Source of the DNA: Candidatus Eiseniibacteriota bacterium
GTDB taxonomy: Bacteria; Eisenbacteria; RBG-16-71-46; CAVPCR01
Assembly: GCA_963823555.1 (NCBI GenBank)
Contig: CAWGMA010000001.1
Span: 512,001 to 576,000 of the forward strand
Length of the DNA stretch: 64,000 bases
Reading direction: 5' to 3'
The position numbers were made by a program, and so were the translations under genes. The stretch's first letter is position 1; the number at the start of each line of letters is the position of its first letter. Under the pieces are notes generated by a model that saw only the letters and a program-made list of their open reading frames with translations, made no database searches and had not been told where the DNA came from. Shown here piece after piece: positions 30,885-46,782 of this stretch.

Positions 30885-31535
30885 ATGGCCCAGCTCTTCC
30901 CTCGCAGCTCCAACGCGCTCGCGAAGGCGTCGATCGTCGTCGCCGCGGCACTCGTCGCTGGTCTCCTCTACGTCGTCTACGCCCTTGATCGCTCGAGCTA
31001 CACGACGGGCAAGGACGTCATCCTGAGCCAGCCCGTGCCGTTCAGCCACGACCACCACGTCGCCTCGATCGGGATCGACTGCCGCTATTGCCACACCTCG
31101 GTCGAGACCGCCTCGTTCGCCGGGATGCCGCCGACCGCGACCTGCATGAACTGCCATTCGCAGATCTGGTCGGACAGCCCGATGCTCGAGCCGGTGCGGG
31201 AAAGCTACCGCACCGGGAAGCCCATCGAGTGGACCCGGGTCCACAACCTCGCCGATTTCGTCTATTTCGATCATTCCATTCACATCGCCAAGGGCATCGG
31301 CTGCGCTACCTGCCATGGGCGTGTGGACAAGATGCCGCTCATGTGGCAGGAGGAATCACTGCGCATGGAGTGGTGCTTGAACTGCCATCGTAACCCCGAG
31401 CGCTACGTGCGGCCCCGGGAGGAAGTGTTCAACCTGGCGTGGGCGCCGCCGGCCAATGCCGACAGCCTGGGGCGAGCGCTCGTCGAGAAGTACAAGATCC
31501 AGAGCCTGACGCATTGTTCGGTCTGCCACCGCTAG
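30885..31535 (+). CDS. actA: Alternative complex III pentaheme cytochrome c subunit
   Basis: N-terminal TM helix; five CxxCH motifs (CRYCH, CMNCH, CATCH, CLNCH, CSVCH); QPVPFSH. Confidence 0.93.
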   Translation: MAQLFPRSSNALAKASIVVAAALVAGLLYVVYALDRSSYTTGKDVILSQPVPFSHDHHVASIGIDCRYCHTSVETASFAGMPPTATCMNCHSQIWSDSPMLEPVRESYRTGKPIEWTRVHNLADFVYFDHSIHIAKGIGCATCHGRVDKMPLMWQEESLRMEWCLNCHRNPERYVRPREEVFNLAWAPPANADSLGRALVEKYKIQSLTHCSVCHR

Positions 31536-31592
31536 TTGCCGCTGCCTGCTCACGCTGACGGAGCGGGCGAGATCGAGAGAGGAACTCGAGCC

Positions 31593-36063
<4,471 letters not shown>

Positions 36064-36067
<4 letters not shown>

Positions 36068-36609
36068 AGCAGCACACCGCAACCCCGATCTTCGGCCTGA
36101 TGGCCGAGTTCGCCTCAGCACAGGCGTTGCTCGACGCCGCTCACGCCGCCCACCACGCAGGCTACAAGAAGGTCGAGGCCTATAGCCCGTTCCCCGTGGA
36201 GGGGATGGGGGAGGCGCTGGGGCACGCCCCGTCGCCGCTGCCCTGGATCGTGCTCATCGGCGGGGCCATCGGCGGGATCGGTGGCTTCATGTTCCAGTGG
36301 GTATCGTTCGCTCGCTTCTACCAGCTCAACATCGGCGGCCGGCCGTTCTTCAGCTGGCCGAGCTTCGTGCCCGTGACCTTCGAGCTCACTGTGCTCCTGG
36401 CGGCGCTCTCCTGTGTCGTCGGCCTGATTGTCCTGTGCGGGCTACCGATGCCCTACCATCCCGTCTTCAACGCTGCGCGCTTCGCCGGCGCGTCCCGCGA
36501 CCGGTTTTTCCTCTGCATCGAGAGTGCGGATCCCCGGTACGACCGCGCGGAAACCGAGCGTTTCCTCAAGGGTATGAACCCCAGCGAGGTGATCGAGGTT
36601 GAGCCCTAA
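36064..36609 (+). CDS. actD: Alternative complex III ActD (DUF3341)
   Basis: AYSPFPVEG, NIGGRP, PVTFE; position in the operon. Confidence 0.9.
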
Positions 36610-37237
36610 GCTTCGGCGCGGGCCGATCCCGCGCGCCCTGTTCATCTTGGCGGGCCTGTTCCTGCTCGCTACCAGCACCGGCTGCCATCGGGACTTGCGC
36701 GACCAGCCGCGCATCGATCCGCTCGAGAAGTCCCGCTTCTTCGCCGACGGTGTTGGAGCCCGGCCGATTCCGGCGGGAACGGTCGCGCGCGGGCAGCTCC
36801 GGGAAGACCGCACGTTCTACACCGGCCAGGATGGGGAAGCGTTCGCCGCCTCGATCCCGCTCCCGGTCGATCGGGTTCTCCTCGAGCGCGGCCGGGAGCG
36901 CTTCAACATCTACTGCGCGCCTTGTCACGGCCAGACCGGAGACGGCCTCGGGATGGTGGTGCGACGGGGTTACATGCAACCGCCCTCCTTCCACATCGAT
37001 CGCCTACGCCGCGCCCAGCCCGGCTACTACTTCGACGTGATCACGAACGGATTCGCCAAGATGCCGAGCTACGCGAGCCAGGTGCAGCCTGCCGACCGCT
37101 GGGCGATCGTGGCGTACATCCGCGCGCTGCAGCTGAGCCAGAACGCCACCCTCGAAGATGTGCCTGCCGAGGTAAGGCGAGATCTCGAGGCGGCCCCGCC
37201 GGCGCCCGAATCCCATGAGGATGCCCAGAGCCCATGA
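36599..37237 (+). CDS. actE: Alternative complex III ActE monoheme cytochrome c lipoprotein
   Basis: Lipobox STGC, GTVARG, CAPCH, MPSY, DRWAIVAYIRALQ. Confidence 0.9.
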   Translation: MSPKLRRGPIPRALFILAGLFLLATSTGCHRDLRDQPRIDPLEKSRFFADGVGARPIPAGTVARGQLREDRTFYTGQDGEAFAASIPLPVDRVLLERGRERFNIYCAPCHGQTGDGLGMVVRRGYMQPPSFHIDRLRRAQPGYYFDVITNGFAKMPSYASQVQPADRWAIVAYIRALQLSQNATLEDVPAEVRRDLEAAPPAPESHEDAQSP

Positions 37238-38415
37238 GCGCGACCTCCAATTCCCATCTTCCTCCGGCCGACCTCGACAAGATCCGCCGGAACGCGCTCG
37301 TGATCGGCGTTCTCGGGATCATCCTCACGGTGGTCGGGGGCATGGCGAACATGCCGCAGTTCTATCGCTCATATCTCCTGGGCTATCTCTTCTGGCTCGC
37401 CATCCCGCTCGGGTGCCTTGCCATCATGATGCTGCACCACCTGACCGGAGGGGGCTGGGGGATGTTGATCCGCCGCGTCCTGGAGGCGGCCTCGCGCACG
37501 CTCCCGCTCATGCTCGTGCTCGGCCTGCCGGTCCTCTATGGGCTCGGTCAGCTGTACGAGTGGGCTCTCCCCGAGCATGTCGCGGGAGATGAGCTCCTCG
37601 AGCACAAGGCGCCCTATCTCAATCCCGGCGCCTTCACCGGGCGCTACATCGGCTACTTCGCCATCTTCCTGTCCCTGACCTTCCTTCTCGATCGCTGGTC
37701 TGCGGCCCAGGACCGCGACGGGGACCGGGGCCACGCGCAACGGATGCGTTCGCTCTCGGCTCCCGGTCTCATCCTCTTCGGCGCCGCTGCGACCTTCTTC
37801 GCTTTCGACTGGATGATGTCGCTCGAGCCGCACTGGTTCTCGAGTATCTACGGCATCTACTTCATCGGCGCCGCCGGGCTCGCGGGGATGGCTTTCACGA
37901 TCGTCGTGGCGGCGTTCCTCGCCGCCCGTGAGCCGATGGCCGGTATCTTCCAGCGCAAGCACTTCTTCGATTACGGCAACCTGCTGTTCGCCTTCATCAT
38001 GTTGTGGGCTTACTTCTCGGTGTCGCAACTCATCATCATCTGGTCGGGGAACCTGCCGGAGGAGATCACCTGGTACATGCACCGGTTGCGCGGCAGCTGG
38101 CAGAAGCTGGCGCTCGCCCTAGCCATTCTCCACTTCGCGCTGCCGTTCGTTCTCTTGATCACGCGCACCGCCAAGGGGTCGATACGGATCCTGAGCTGGA
38201 TCGCGCTCCTGGTGCTCGCCATGCGCTGGGTGGATTTTCTGTGGCAGACTCGACCGCCCTTCCACGAGGTGGGGCCGCCCTTCCATTGGCTCGACCTGGC
38301 CGTGGTGGCCGCGATCGGCGGGGTCTGGGTCGCCCTCTTCGTGACGCTCCTCAAGCGGCGCCCACTGCTTCCGGCCAACGATCCCCGTCTCGCGGAGGTG
38401 CTCCATCATGCGTGA
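37234..38415 (+). CDS. actF: Alternative complex III ActF membrane subunit
   Basis: About 10 TM helices; DWMMSLEPHWFS, IIWSGNLPEE. Confidence 0.9.
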   Translation: MSATSNSHLPPADLDKIRRNALVIGVLGIILTVVGGMANMPQFYRSYLLGYLFWLAIPLGCLAIMMLHHLTGGGWGMLIRRVLEAASRTLPLMLVLGLPVLYGLGQLYEWALPEHVAGDELLEHKAPYLNPGAFTGRYIGYFAIFLSLTFLLDRWSAAQDRDGDRGHAQRMRSLSAPGLILFGAAATFFAFDWMMSLEPHWFSSIYGIYFIGAAGLAGMAFTIVVAAFLAAREPMAGIFQRKHFFDYGNLLFAFIMLWAYFSVSQLIIIWSGNLPEEITWYMHRLRGSWQKLALALAILHFALPFVLLITRTAKGSIRILSWIALLVLAMRWVDFLWQTRPPFHEVGPPFHWLDLAVVAAIGGVWVALFVTLLKRRPLLPANDPRLAEVLHHA

Positions 38416-38842
38416 CAAGCATGGGCACAAGCCACCGGCGGCCGAGGATTCGCATGCCCCAGGCCAGATCGATCGCGAGATCAATGTCCGGAGCATCGTC
38501 GCCTTCCTGGTCATCGTGATGGTGGCGACGGCCGTTTCGGCCGGTCTCATGTGGTTCCTGTTCAAGGGTCTCCTCGCCACGGAGGTGGCACGTGATCCAC
38601 AGCCGCTTGCCATCGTCGAGCGCACGGCGCCGCCGCCCCCACCCGCGCCGCGCCTGCAGGTGGACGGGGCGACGGATCTGAAGACGATGCGGGCCGAGGA
38701 AAGCGCGGTGCTGGAGGGATACGGCTGGACCGACCGGGCCGCAGGCCGGGTCCGCATTCCGGTTGCGCGCGCCCTGGATCTGGTCGCCGAGCGCGGCCTG
38801 CCCCCGGTTCCCCCACCCCCGCCTGCGGAGGCACGACCATGA
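38408..38842 (+). CDS. actG: Alternative complex III ActG-like subunit
   Basis: Single TM helix, PPAPRLQ, YGWTD...RIPVARA; position in the operon. Confidence 0.75.
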   Translation: MRDKHGHKPPAAEDSHAPGQIDREINVRSIVAFLVIVMVATAVSAGLMWFLFKGLLATEVARDPQPLAIVERTAPPPPPAPRLQVDGATDLKTMRAEESAVLEGYGWTDRAAGRVRIPVARALDLVAERGLPPVPPPPPAEARP

Positions 38843-39747
38843 GACGGATCGGGGTCATCGGTGCGTTCATGCTTGCGATCTGGCTCGGCAACCTGGCCGG
38901 AATGACCCTCGCGCTGCCCGGTTCTCCGGCGCCAGGCCCGGGCGAAGTGCGTGAGGAGAAGGGGCTGCCGGCCGATCTCGAGGGCGTCGGCTTCGATCAG
39001 AACCTGGGGGCGCAAGTCCCGCTCGCTCTCGTCTTCCGCGACGAGAGCGGGGCCGAGGTTCAACTGGGCCAGTACTTCGGGGAGCGTCCGGTTCTCCTCG
39101 TGCTCTCGTACTACGAGTGTCCGATGCTGTGCACCCTTGTCTTGAACGGTGTCGCGTCGGCGCTGAAGGCGGTTCCTTTCGATCCCGGTCAGGATTTCGA
39201 GATCGTGACCGTGAGCTTCGATCCCGGAGAGAAGCCGCCGCTCGCTGCCAAGAAGAAGGCGAACTATGTCGCCGAGTACGGGCGTGCCGGAGCCGGGACG
39301 GCATGGCACTTCCTCACCGGCGACGAACCGTCGATTCAAGCACTCACCGCCGCCGTCGGGTTCCGTTATCGATACGACCCGGAGAGTGACCAGTACGCGC
39401 ATGCCACCGGGATCATGGCGCTGACGCCGGGGGGCCAGATCTCGCGCTACCTGTTCGGCATCGAGTACGCCCCCAAGGACATCCGCCTGGCCTTGGTCGA
39501 GGCCTCGGCGGGGAAGATCGGGAGCTTCGTCGATCAGTTGCTCCTCTTCTGCTATCACTACGATCCCGAGACCGGCACCTACGGGGCGGCGGCGATCAAT
39601 GGCATCCGCGCCGGCGGCGTCCTGACGCTGGCTGGAATCGGACTCTTCATGTTCCTTTCGTGGCGCCGCGACCAGCGCGCGCGGCGGGGGGACGGCGGTA
39701 CGGATGGCCCCGCTACCGGCGGCCCCGCGGCACCGAGGATCGTCTAG
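38839..39747 (+). CDS. SCO/SenC copper chaperone
   Basis: CPMLC (CxxxC), conserved His in YAH, C-terminal TM helix. Confidence 0.9.
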   Translation: MRRIGVIGAFMLAIWLGNLAGMTLALPGSPAPGPGEVREEKGLPADLEGVGFDQNLGAQVPLALVFRDESGAEVQLGQYFGERPVLLVLSYYECPMLCTLVLNGVASALKAVPFDPGQDFEIVTVSFDPGEKPPLAAKKKANYVAEYGRAGAGTAWHFLTGDEPSIQALTAAVGFRYRYDPESDQYAHATGIMALTPGGQISRYLFGIEYAPKDIRLALVEASAGKIGSFVDQLLLFCYHYDPETGTYGAAAINGIRAGGVLTLAGIGLFMFLSWRRDQRARRGDGGTDGPATGGPAAPRIV

Positions 39748-39749
39748 CG

Positions 39750-40761
39750 ATGTGGGAATACTTTCGCTTCCTTCCTGAGCGCGCCTCGACCCTCGCCGGC
39801 GAGGTGGATGCGATCTTCCTCTTCCGTCGCGGTCACCATCTTCTTCTCGATCCTCATCGCCGGCCTCATCATCCTGTTCATGGTCCGCTACAAGCGGCGG
39901 GCGGCCGGCGAGTTCGGGAAGCCCGTGCACGGCTCGACCAAGCTCGAGATCGCCTGGACGGTGATTCCGCTCGCCATCGTGCTCTTCCTGTTCGGCTGGG
40001 GGGCGAAGGTCTTCTTCTCCCTCTCGCGGCCGCCGGCCGACGCCGTCGAGTACTTCGTCGTCGGCAAGCAGTGGATGTGGAAGATCCAGCATCCCGACGG
40101 CAAGCGCGAGATCAACGAGCTGCACGTGCCGGTCGGACCGCCGATCAAGCTGACGATGACCTCCGAGGACGTGATCCACAGCTTCTTCGTCCCCGCCTTC
40201 CGCGTCAAGGCCGACGTCCTGCCCGGGCGCTACACGACGATCTGGTTCGAGGCGACCAAGCCGGGCCGATACCACCTCTTCTGCGCCGAGTACTGCGGCG
40301 CCGAGCACTCGCTCATGGGCGGCTGGATCTATGTCATGGAGCGCGCCGACTACGAGAACTGGCTCGCCGGAGTGACGACCGGCCAGACGGTCGTGGCGAG
40401 CGGCGAGGAGCTCTTCACGCAGCGGGCCTGCAACACCTGCCACCGGCCCGACACCAAGGCGCGGGCGCCGATCCTCCACGGTCTCTTCGGTGCCAAGGTG
40501 CTGTTGCGCGACGGATCGCAGGTGGTGGCGGATGAGAACTACCTGCGCGAGTCGATCTTGAACCCGGCGGCGAAGGTCGTGGCCGGCTACGAGCCGGTGA
40601 TGCCCACCTTCCAGGGGCAGATCACCGAGGAGGAGCTGATCCAGCTCATGAGCTACTTGAAGACGCTGAAGCCCGCGGGCGCGGACTCGACGGCGGCCGC
40701 CGGTACCGCGGCCGCCCCGGGCACCGCGGCTCTCGGGCGCTCCCTCCCGGACGGCGCGTAG
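39750..40761 (+). CDS. ctaC: Cytochrome c oxidase subunit II with fused cytochrome c (caa3 type); one frameshift near 39826
   Basis: MWEYFRFLPERAST... shifts frame into VAVTIFF; QWMW, DVIHS, CuA motif CAEYCGAEHSLM, heme c motif CNTCH. Confidence 0.88.
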
Positions 40762-40783
40762 GAAACGGCGGAACCAAGGCCAG

Positions 40784-42421
<1,638 letters not shown>

Positions 42422-42429
<8 letters not shown>

Positions 42430-43181
42430 CGCTCATGGGCCCGCAGGCGAAGGCAGCGCGGCCCCGCCGCTCGCCCATCACTTCGAGACCCTCGAGCAGC
42501 AGCGACGAGTCGACCTCGCTCGGGATGTGGATCTTCCTGGTCACCGAGATCATGTTCTTCGGCGGGCTGTTCACCGCCTACGTGGTCTACCGGAACGCCT
42601 TCCATGAGGCTTTCAACGCGGCGAGCCATCACCTCGACGTGCGCCTGGGCGGGATCAACACCGCGGTCCTGATCGCTTCGAGCTTCACCATGGCGATGGC
42701 GGTGCGCGGCGCCCAGCTCGGGAAGCGCACGGCAACCGCCGGATTCCTCGTCCTGACCCTGATCCTCGGGTTCACCTTCCTCGGCATCAAGGCCTACGAG
42801 TATCACCACAAGTTCGAGGAGCACCTGTTCCCTGGGCCGAGCTTCCAGTTCCAGACGCATGCCACGGCAGATCTGGCAGCCGCCGCAGCGCGGGGAGACG
42901 TGTCCCACCACGCAGCGAGTGGAGTGTCGCCGCACTCCCAAGTGGTGGATCCACGGCATGCCCGCATCTTCTTCTCGCTCTACTTCGCCATGACCGGCCT
43001 CCATGCCCTGCACATGGTGGTGGGGGCGGGGCTTCTGATCTGGCTCTTGAAACCCACCCTGGCCGGGCGCTGGAGCGCCGCCTATTACGATCCGGTCGAG
43101 TGCGTGGGTCTCTACTGGCACTTCGTCGATATTGTCTGGATCTTCCTCTTCCCGCTGCTCTACTTGATCGGGCGGCACTAA
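42422..43181 (+). CDS. ctaE: Cytochrome c oxidase subunit III; one frameshift near 42503
   Basis: HHFETLEQQ shifts into [33 protein letters not shown]. Confidence 0.88.
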
Positions 43182-43196
43182 GGAGCGTTTCGAGGC

Positions 43197-43505
43197 ATGT
43201 CCGAATCTGCAGCGCACGTCGTTCCGGCTCGCACCTATGTGCTGATCTTCGCCGCCCTCATGGCCCTCACGGCGACGACGATCTACGTTGCCTTTCAGGA
43301 CCTCGGTCCGCTCAACAACATCGTGGCGCTCTCGATCGCGGTGGTGAAGATGACCCTCGTCGTCCTCTACTTCATGCACGTGCGCTATGCGACCCGTCTC
43401 ACGTGGCTCGTGGTGGCCTCGGGATTCGTCTGGCTCGTTTTCCTGATCCTGATCACGATGAGCGACTACTGGTCGCGTGGCTGGCTCGGCGTCCCCGGCA
43501 AGTAG
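43197..43505 (+). CDS. ctaF: Cytochrome c oxidase subunit IV
   Basis: Three TM helices, KMTLVVLYFMH; RBS AAGGAG/GAGG. Confidence 0.85.
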   Translation: MSESAAHVVPARTYVLIFAALMALTATTIYVAFQDLGPLNNIVALSIAVVKMTLVVLYFMHVRYATRLTWLVVASGFVWLVFLILITMSDYWSRGWLGVPGK

Positions 43506-43737
43506 CAAGCGATAAGTGATGTCATATCTTTGGTTTGGGTGCGCCCGGCGGGGCCTGCCCGACGTGTTCGGACCTCCCTCTCAGCCCACCCGTCAAGGCC
43601 CCGATCCCGGGCGTCGATAACTCCTCAGGTGCTTGACCCGGCCTGCGCCGCGGCGCGGGCGCGGGCCCACCCGCGTCTGCCGCGCTCCCGCGGCGTCGTG
43701 GGCGCGCCGCCGCGCATCCCGCAACGAGGGGGGAATC

Positions 43738-45027
43738 ATGTCTGGCCGAAGGTCATCCAGCATTATCGAATGGGCGGAATGGGTCCCGGGGTCGCGCCGC
43801 TCGCCGACGCGATGCTGCGTCCTCTGGACCCTCCTGGTCGCTGCTGTGACGCTTCTCGCGAGCGGCTGCGGCGACGAGGGGGACGATGGCCAGACCAACG
43901 CCGAGACCATGAACGCGGCGCTCGCCGATCTCGGGGACTTCGCCACCGATCTCACCGCCAATCCGGCCTTTCAGATGACGGGGAACGCCGCCGTCGAGGA
44001 TCTCTTTGGCCGCATCGGTTTCAGGCTCGATGCCGTTTGGGGCGCCGGCGTGATGCCTCTCGACTTCACGGCGGCCGGGATCACTCGACCGTCACTGACT
44101 GCTTCCCGAAGCCGGGTCGCGGGTGGTGCGAGCGTTCCTTTCGGGACCTACGAGCGCGACGTGACGAGCGCGGCCGAGCCCTTCCCGGGCTGGGTGTTCG
44201 TCTCGGAGTCGCCGGCAGACGGGCTCATCTTCCATTTCAGCGAGGACGACGACTTCGTGATCCGGGGGGGGACCGGCGAGCGCCATGTCTCCGGCGAGAT
44301 CCGTTTTCTCCAGATCGTGCTGGAGACGGTCGGTGTCGAGTCCTTCCTGACCCACGTCGTATGGGAGATCCAGGTCGATCCGATCGCGCTTCCGCTCATC
44401 CATGTCCCGTTTGCCGCCACCTTGGATGAGACAGCGGGCGGCTACAGCCGCGTGGCCTTCGGAGACGTCGACGCCCCGAACAGCCTCAGCAACTGCTACA
44501 TCGGGAACCTGGCCTTTGACTTCCTTCTCGATGCCACGACCGAGGATGTGCGCACGGCCCTTCTCGCCGTCGACACCGCCCCCGATCCCAACTACGTGCT
44601 CGCCCTCGACCTCCACCAGTGGAACGTGGTCGACGACATGCCGGAGGAGATCACGATCGTCTTTGGTTTCGGCCGCTCGGACGACGCCGAGAATCCAGGG
44701 ATGGTGATTGCCGCCAGCTTCGCCGACTTCCGCCTCGATCCAGGAACGCAGGAGATCCTGGCTGACGTGAGTGGCTCGGCCACTCACCGCGGGCGGCTAC
44801 TCGCCACCTTCGCCGGGTCCACGGCCGAGATCCCGGTCGCGGTCGACACCGATGGTGATGGGGACGTGGATGGTGACGACACCTGTGTCGACATCGACAT
44901 CACCTTCACCGACGATGGCCAGACCATGAACCTGTGCGAAGCGTTCAGCAACACCGTCCGCATCGTCGGCGTGCCCCTGCCGCGCGCGGTCGCGGGCGGA
45001 CTCTCCTGCGGACCAGTCTGCTTCTAG
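43738..45027 (+). CDS. Hypothetical acidic lipoprotein
   Basis: Hydrophobic stretch plus lipobox LASGC; coding-like codon usage; DTDGDGDVDGDD motif. Start uncertain. Confidence 0.65.
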   Translation: MSGRRSSSIIEWAEWVPGSRRSPTRCCVLWTLLVAAVTLLASGCGDEGDDGQTNAETMNAALADLGDFATDLTANPAFQMTGNAAVEDLFGRIGFRLDAVWGAGVMPLDFTAAGITRPSLTASRSRVAGGASVPFGTYERDVTSAAEPFPGWVFVSESPADGLIFHFSEDDDFVIRGGTGERHVSGEIRFLQIVLETVGVESFLTHVVWEIQVDPIALPLIHVPFAATLDETAGGYSRVAFGDVDAPNSLSNCYIGNLAFDFLLDATTEDVRTALLAVDTAPDPNYVLALDLHQWNVVDDMPEEITIVFGFGRSDDAENPGMVIAASFADFRLDPGTQEILADVSGSATHRGRLLATFAGSTAEIPVAVDTDGDGDVDGDDTCVDIDITFTDDGQTMNLCEAFSNTVRIVGVPLPRAVAGGLSCGPVCF

Positions 45028-45199
45028 CGCAGCGCGGGCGGGGATGAACGGAGGCTGGGTCGCCAAGGGTCCGGCCTCCGCCACATTGGGGGATGTTCCT
45101 GCCGCTGGCCCTTTGACGCCCCGCCCGATCGGCGCTACGATCATGGGTGCGCCATCCCGGACGCTTCAGTCGCACGCTCGCGACGGAAAGGGGGGGGCG

Positions 45200-45679
45200 A
45201 TGCCATCGGCACGACTCAAGAAGTTCCTCGACGAGCAGAACGTCAAGTACTTGAGCATCCAACACTCCCGAGCCTTCACCGCCCAGGAAGTGGCCGCCAA
45301 GATGCACATCCACGGGTGGGAGTTGGCAAAGACCACCGTCCTCAAGGTGGACGGCAAGTTCGTGATGGCGGTCATGCCCGCCCCGGTTCATGTCGACATG
45401 AGCGCCTTCCGCGAGATCGTGGGCGCCAAGTCGGTGGCGCTCGCCGCCGAGGAGGAGTTCAAGCAGCTCTTCCCGGAGTGCGAGCTGGGGGCGATGCCGC
45501 CGTTCGGAAACCTGTACGGGTTGCCGGTCTATGTCGATGAGAGGCTGGCGGAAGACCCGTCGATCGTGTTCAATGCGGGAACGCACACCGAGGCGGTCCG
45601 CATGGATTTCGGCGATTTCCGGCGGCTCGTGCAGCCGAAGATCGCGCACTTCGGTGTACCGGCCGCGGCCCATGCCTGA
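45200..45679 (+). CDS. YbaK/ProX/EbsC family aminoacyl-tRNA deacylase-like protein
   Basis: LAKTTV, FPECELGAMPPFG, FNAGTH. Confidence 0.88.
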   Translation: MPSARLKKFLDEQNVKYLSIQHSRAFTAQEVAAKMHIHGWELAKTTVLKVDGKFVMAVMPAPVHVDMSAFREIVGAKSVALAAEEEFKQLFPECELGAMPPFGNLYGLPVYVDERLAEDPSIVFNAGTHTEAVRMDFGDFRRLVQPKIAHFGVPAAAHA

Positions 45680-45714
45680 GAGGCGCAACGCCTGAGCGGT
45701 GGCCGAGAACAGTG

Positions 45715-45752
45715 AGAAGGGCCGGATCCCTTCCCGGGATCCGGCCCCTTCT
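45715..45752. terminator. Bidirectional hairpin terminator between convergent genes
   Basis: AGAAGGGCCGGATCCC / GGGATCCGGCCCCTTCT. Confidence 0.7.
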
Positions 45753-45796
45753 TCTTGGCTCCGTGAAGAGCGGCGCGAAGACGGAACTAGTCGGGA

Positions 45797-46135
45797 TTAG
45801 TAACCGCCGCGCCCGCCGCCGCCATAGCCACCGCGCCCGCCGCCGCCATAGCCGCCACGGCTGCCGCCACGGCCGCCGCCGCCCGACTCCTTGGGACGAG
45901 CCTCGTTCACGGTCAGAGTGCGCGAGCTCACCTCGGTGCCGTTCAGCTCGGCGATCGCCGTCTGCGCTTCTTGATCGCTCGACATCTCGACGAAGCCGAA
46001 ACCCTTGGAACGGCCGGTGTCACGGTCGACGATAACCTGCGCCGACTCCACCGAACCGTACTGCGAGAACAACTGCTCGAGATCGCTGTCATTGATGTCG
46101 TAGGACAGATTTCCCACGTACAACTTCTTGCCCAT
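45797..46135 (-). CDS. RRM RNA-binding protein with Gly/Arg-rich tail
   Basis: RNP2 LYVGNL, RNP1 KGFGFVEM, VNEARP, GGRGGY repeats; RBS GAGGAG. Confidence 0.95.
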   Translation of the reverse strand: MGKKLYVGNLSYDINDSDLEQLFSQYGSVESAQVIVDRDTGRSKGFGFVEMSSDQEAQTAIAELNGTEVSSRTLTVNEARPKESGGGGRGGSRGGYGGGGRGGYGGGGRGGY

Positions 46136-46360
46136 CTTGGGACTCCTCTTTCTCTATCTGCTTTCTTACGGCGACCCCACCAGAACGGTGGCGTAACCGG
46201 AAGGGCATGTTTCGAACAACTCGTTCGTGCCCGTCCTCGAGCCAGGTCCCTTGCGACAAGGCAAGAAGATGCTGAGGATCGATCGAACTTCCCCCCGCCC
46301 AGGGTGGCTAGACCCCGCTCCCTGGACAGGAGTCACGCGGATGATAGCACGTCCAGGCCT

Positions 46361-46545
46361 GGGGGGGGGGAAGGGCCGGGGCGGCCGGGGGAGGGCCGGG
46401 GCGGCCGGGGGAGGGCCGGGGCGGCCGGGGGGAAGGGCCGGGCGGCCGGGGGAGGGCCGGGCGGCCGGGGGGAGGGCCGGGGCGGCCGGAGGGGAGGGCC
46501 GGGCGGCCGGGGGGAGGGCCGGGGGCGGCGGCGGGGCGGCCGGGG
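46361..46545 (+). repeat. G-rich tandem repeat, about 8 copies of a ~20-nt unit AGGGCCGGGGCGGCCGGGGG
   Basis: AGGGCC recurs at about 46372, 46392, 46412, 46434, 46453, 46473, 46495 and 46515; G-run lengths vary; a G10 run precedes the array. Confidence 0.9.
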
Positions 46546-46782
46546 CTCATTCGGATGGACCCACGCAAGCCCCCCGGGGGTCTGTGGCGATCCTCACTAC
46601 CGGCACCTGGATCCAGACGCTCCGGATCCTCGACGCCAAGCTCGAAAGGAGCGACACTCCGGGCCTGTGATGACTTCCTCGAGACGCCCGATCGCCTTGC
46701 TTCCGCTGGTGATGTGGGTGTCGCCCTGGCGATGGCGCAGGTAGCGATCGGGCGTTCTTCGCGGTCAAGTGGCAGGAGTCCA

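Noticed and set aside
45800..45885. Tandem CCGCCG/CCATAG repeats
   Set aside because: They simply encode the GGRGGY tail of the RRM protein.
46361..46545. G-rich repeat read as a CRISPR array or as a Gly/Arg- or Pro-rich protein
   Set aside because: There are no unique spacers and no cas genes; unit lengths vary by non-multiples of three, which argues against coding.
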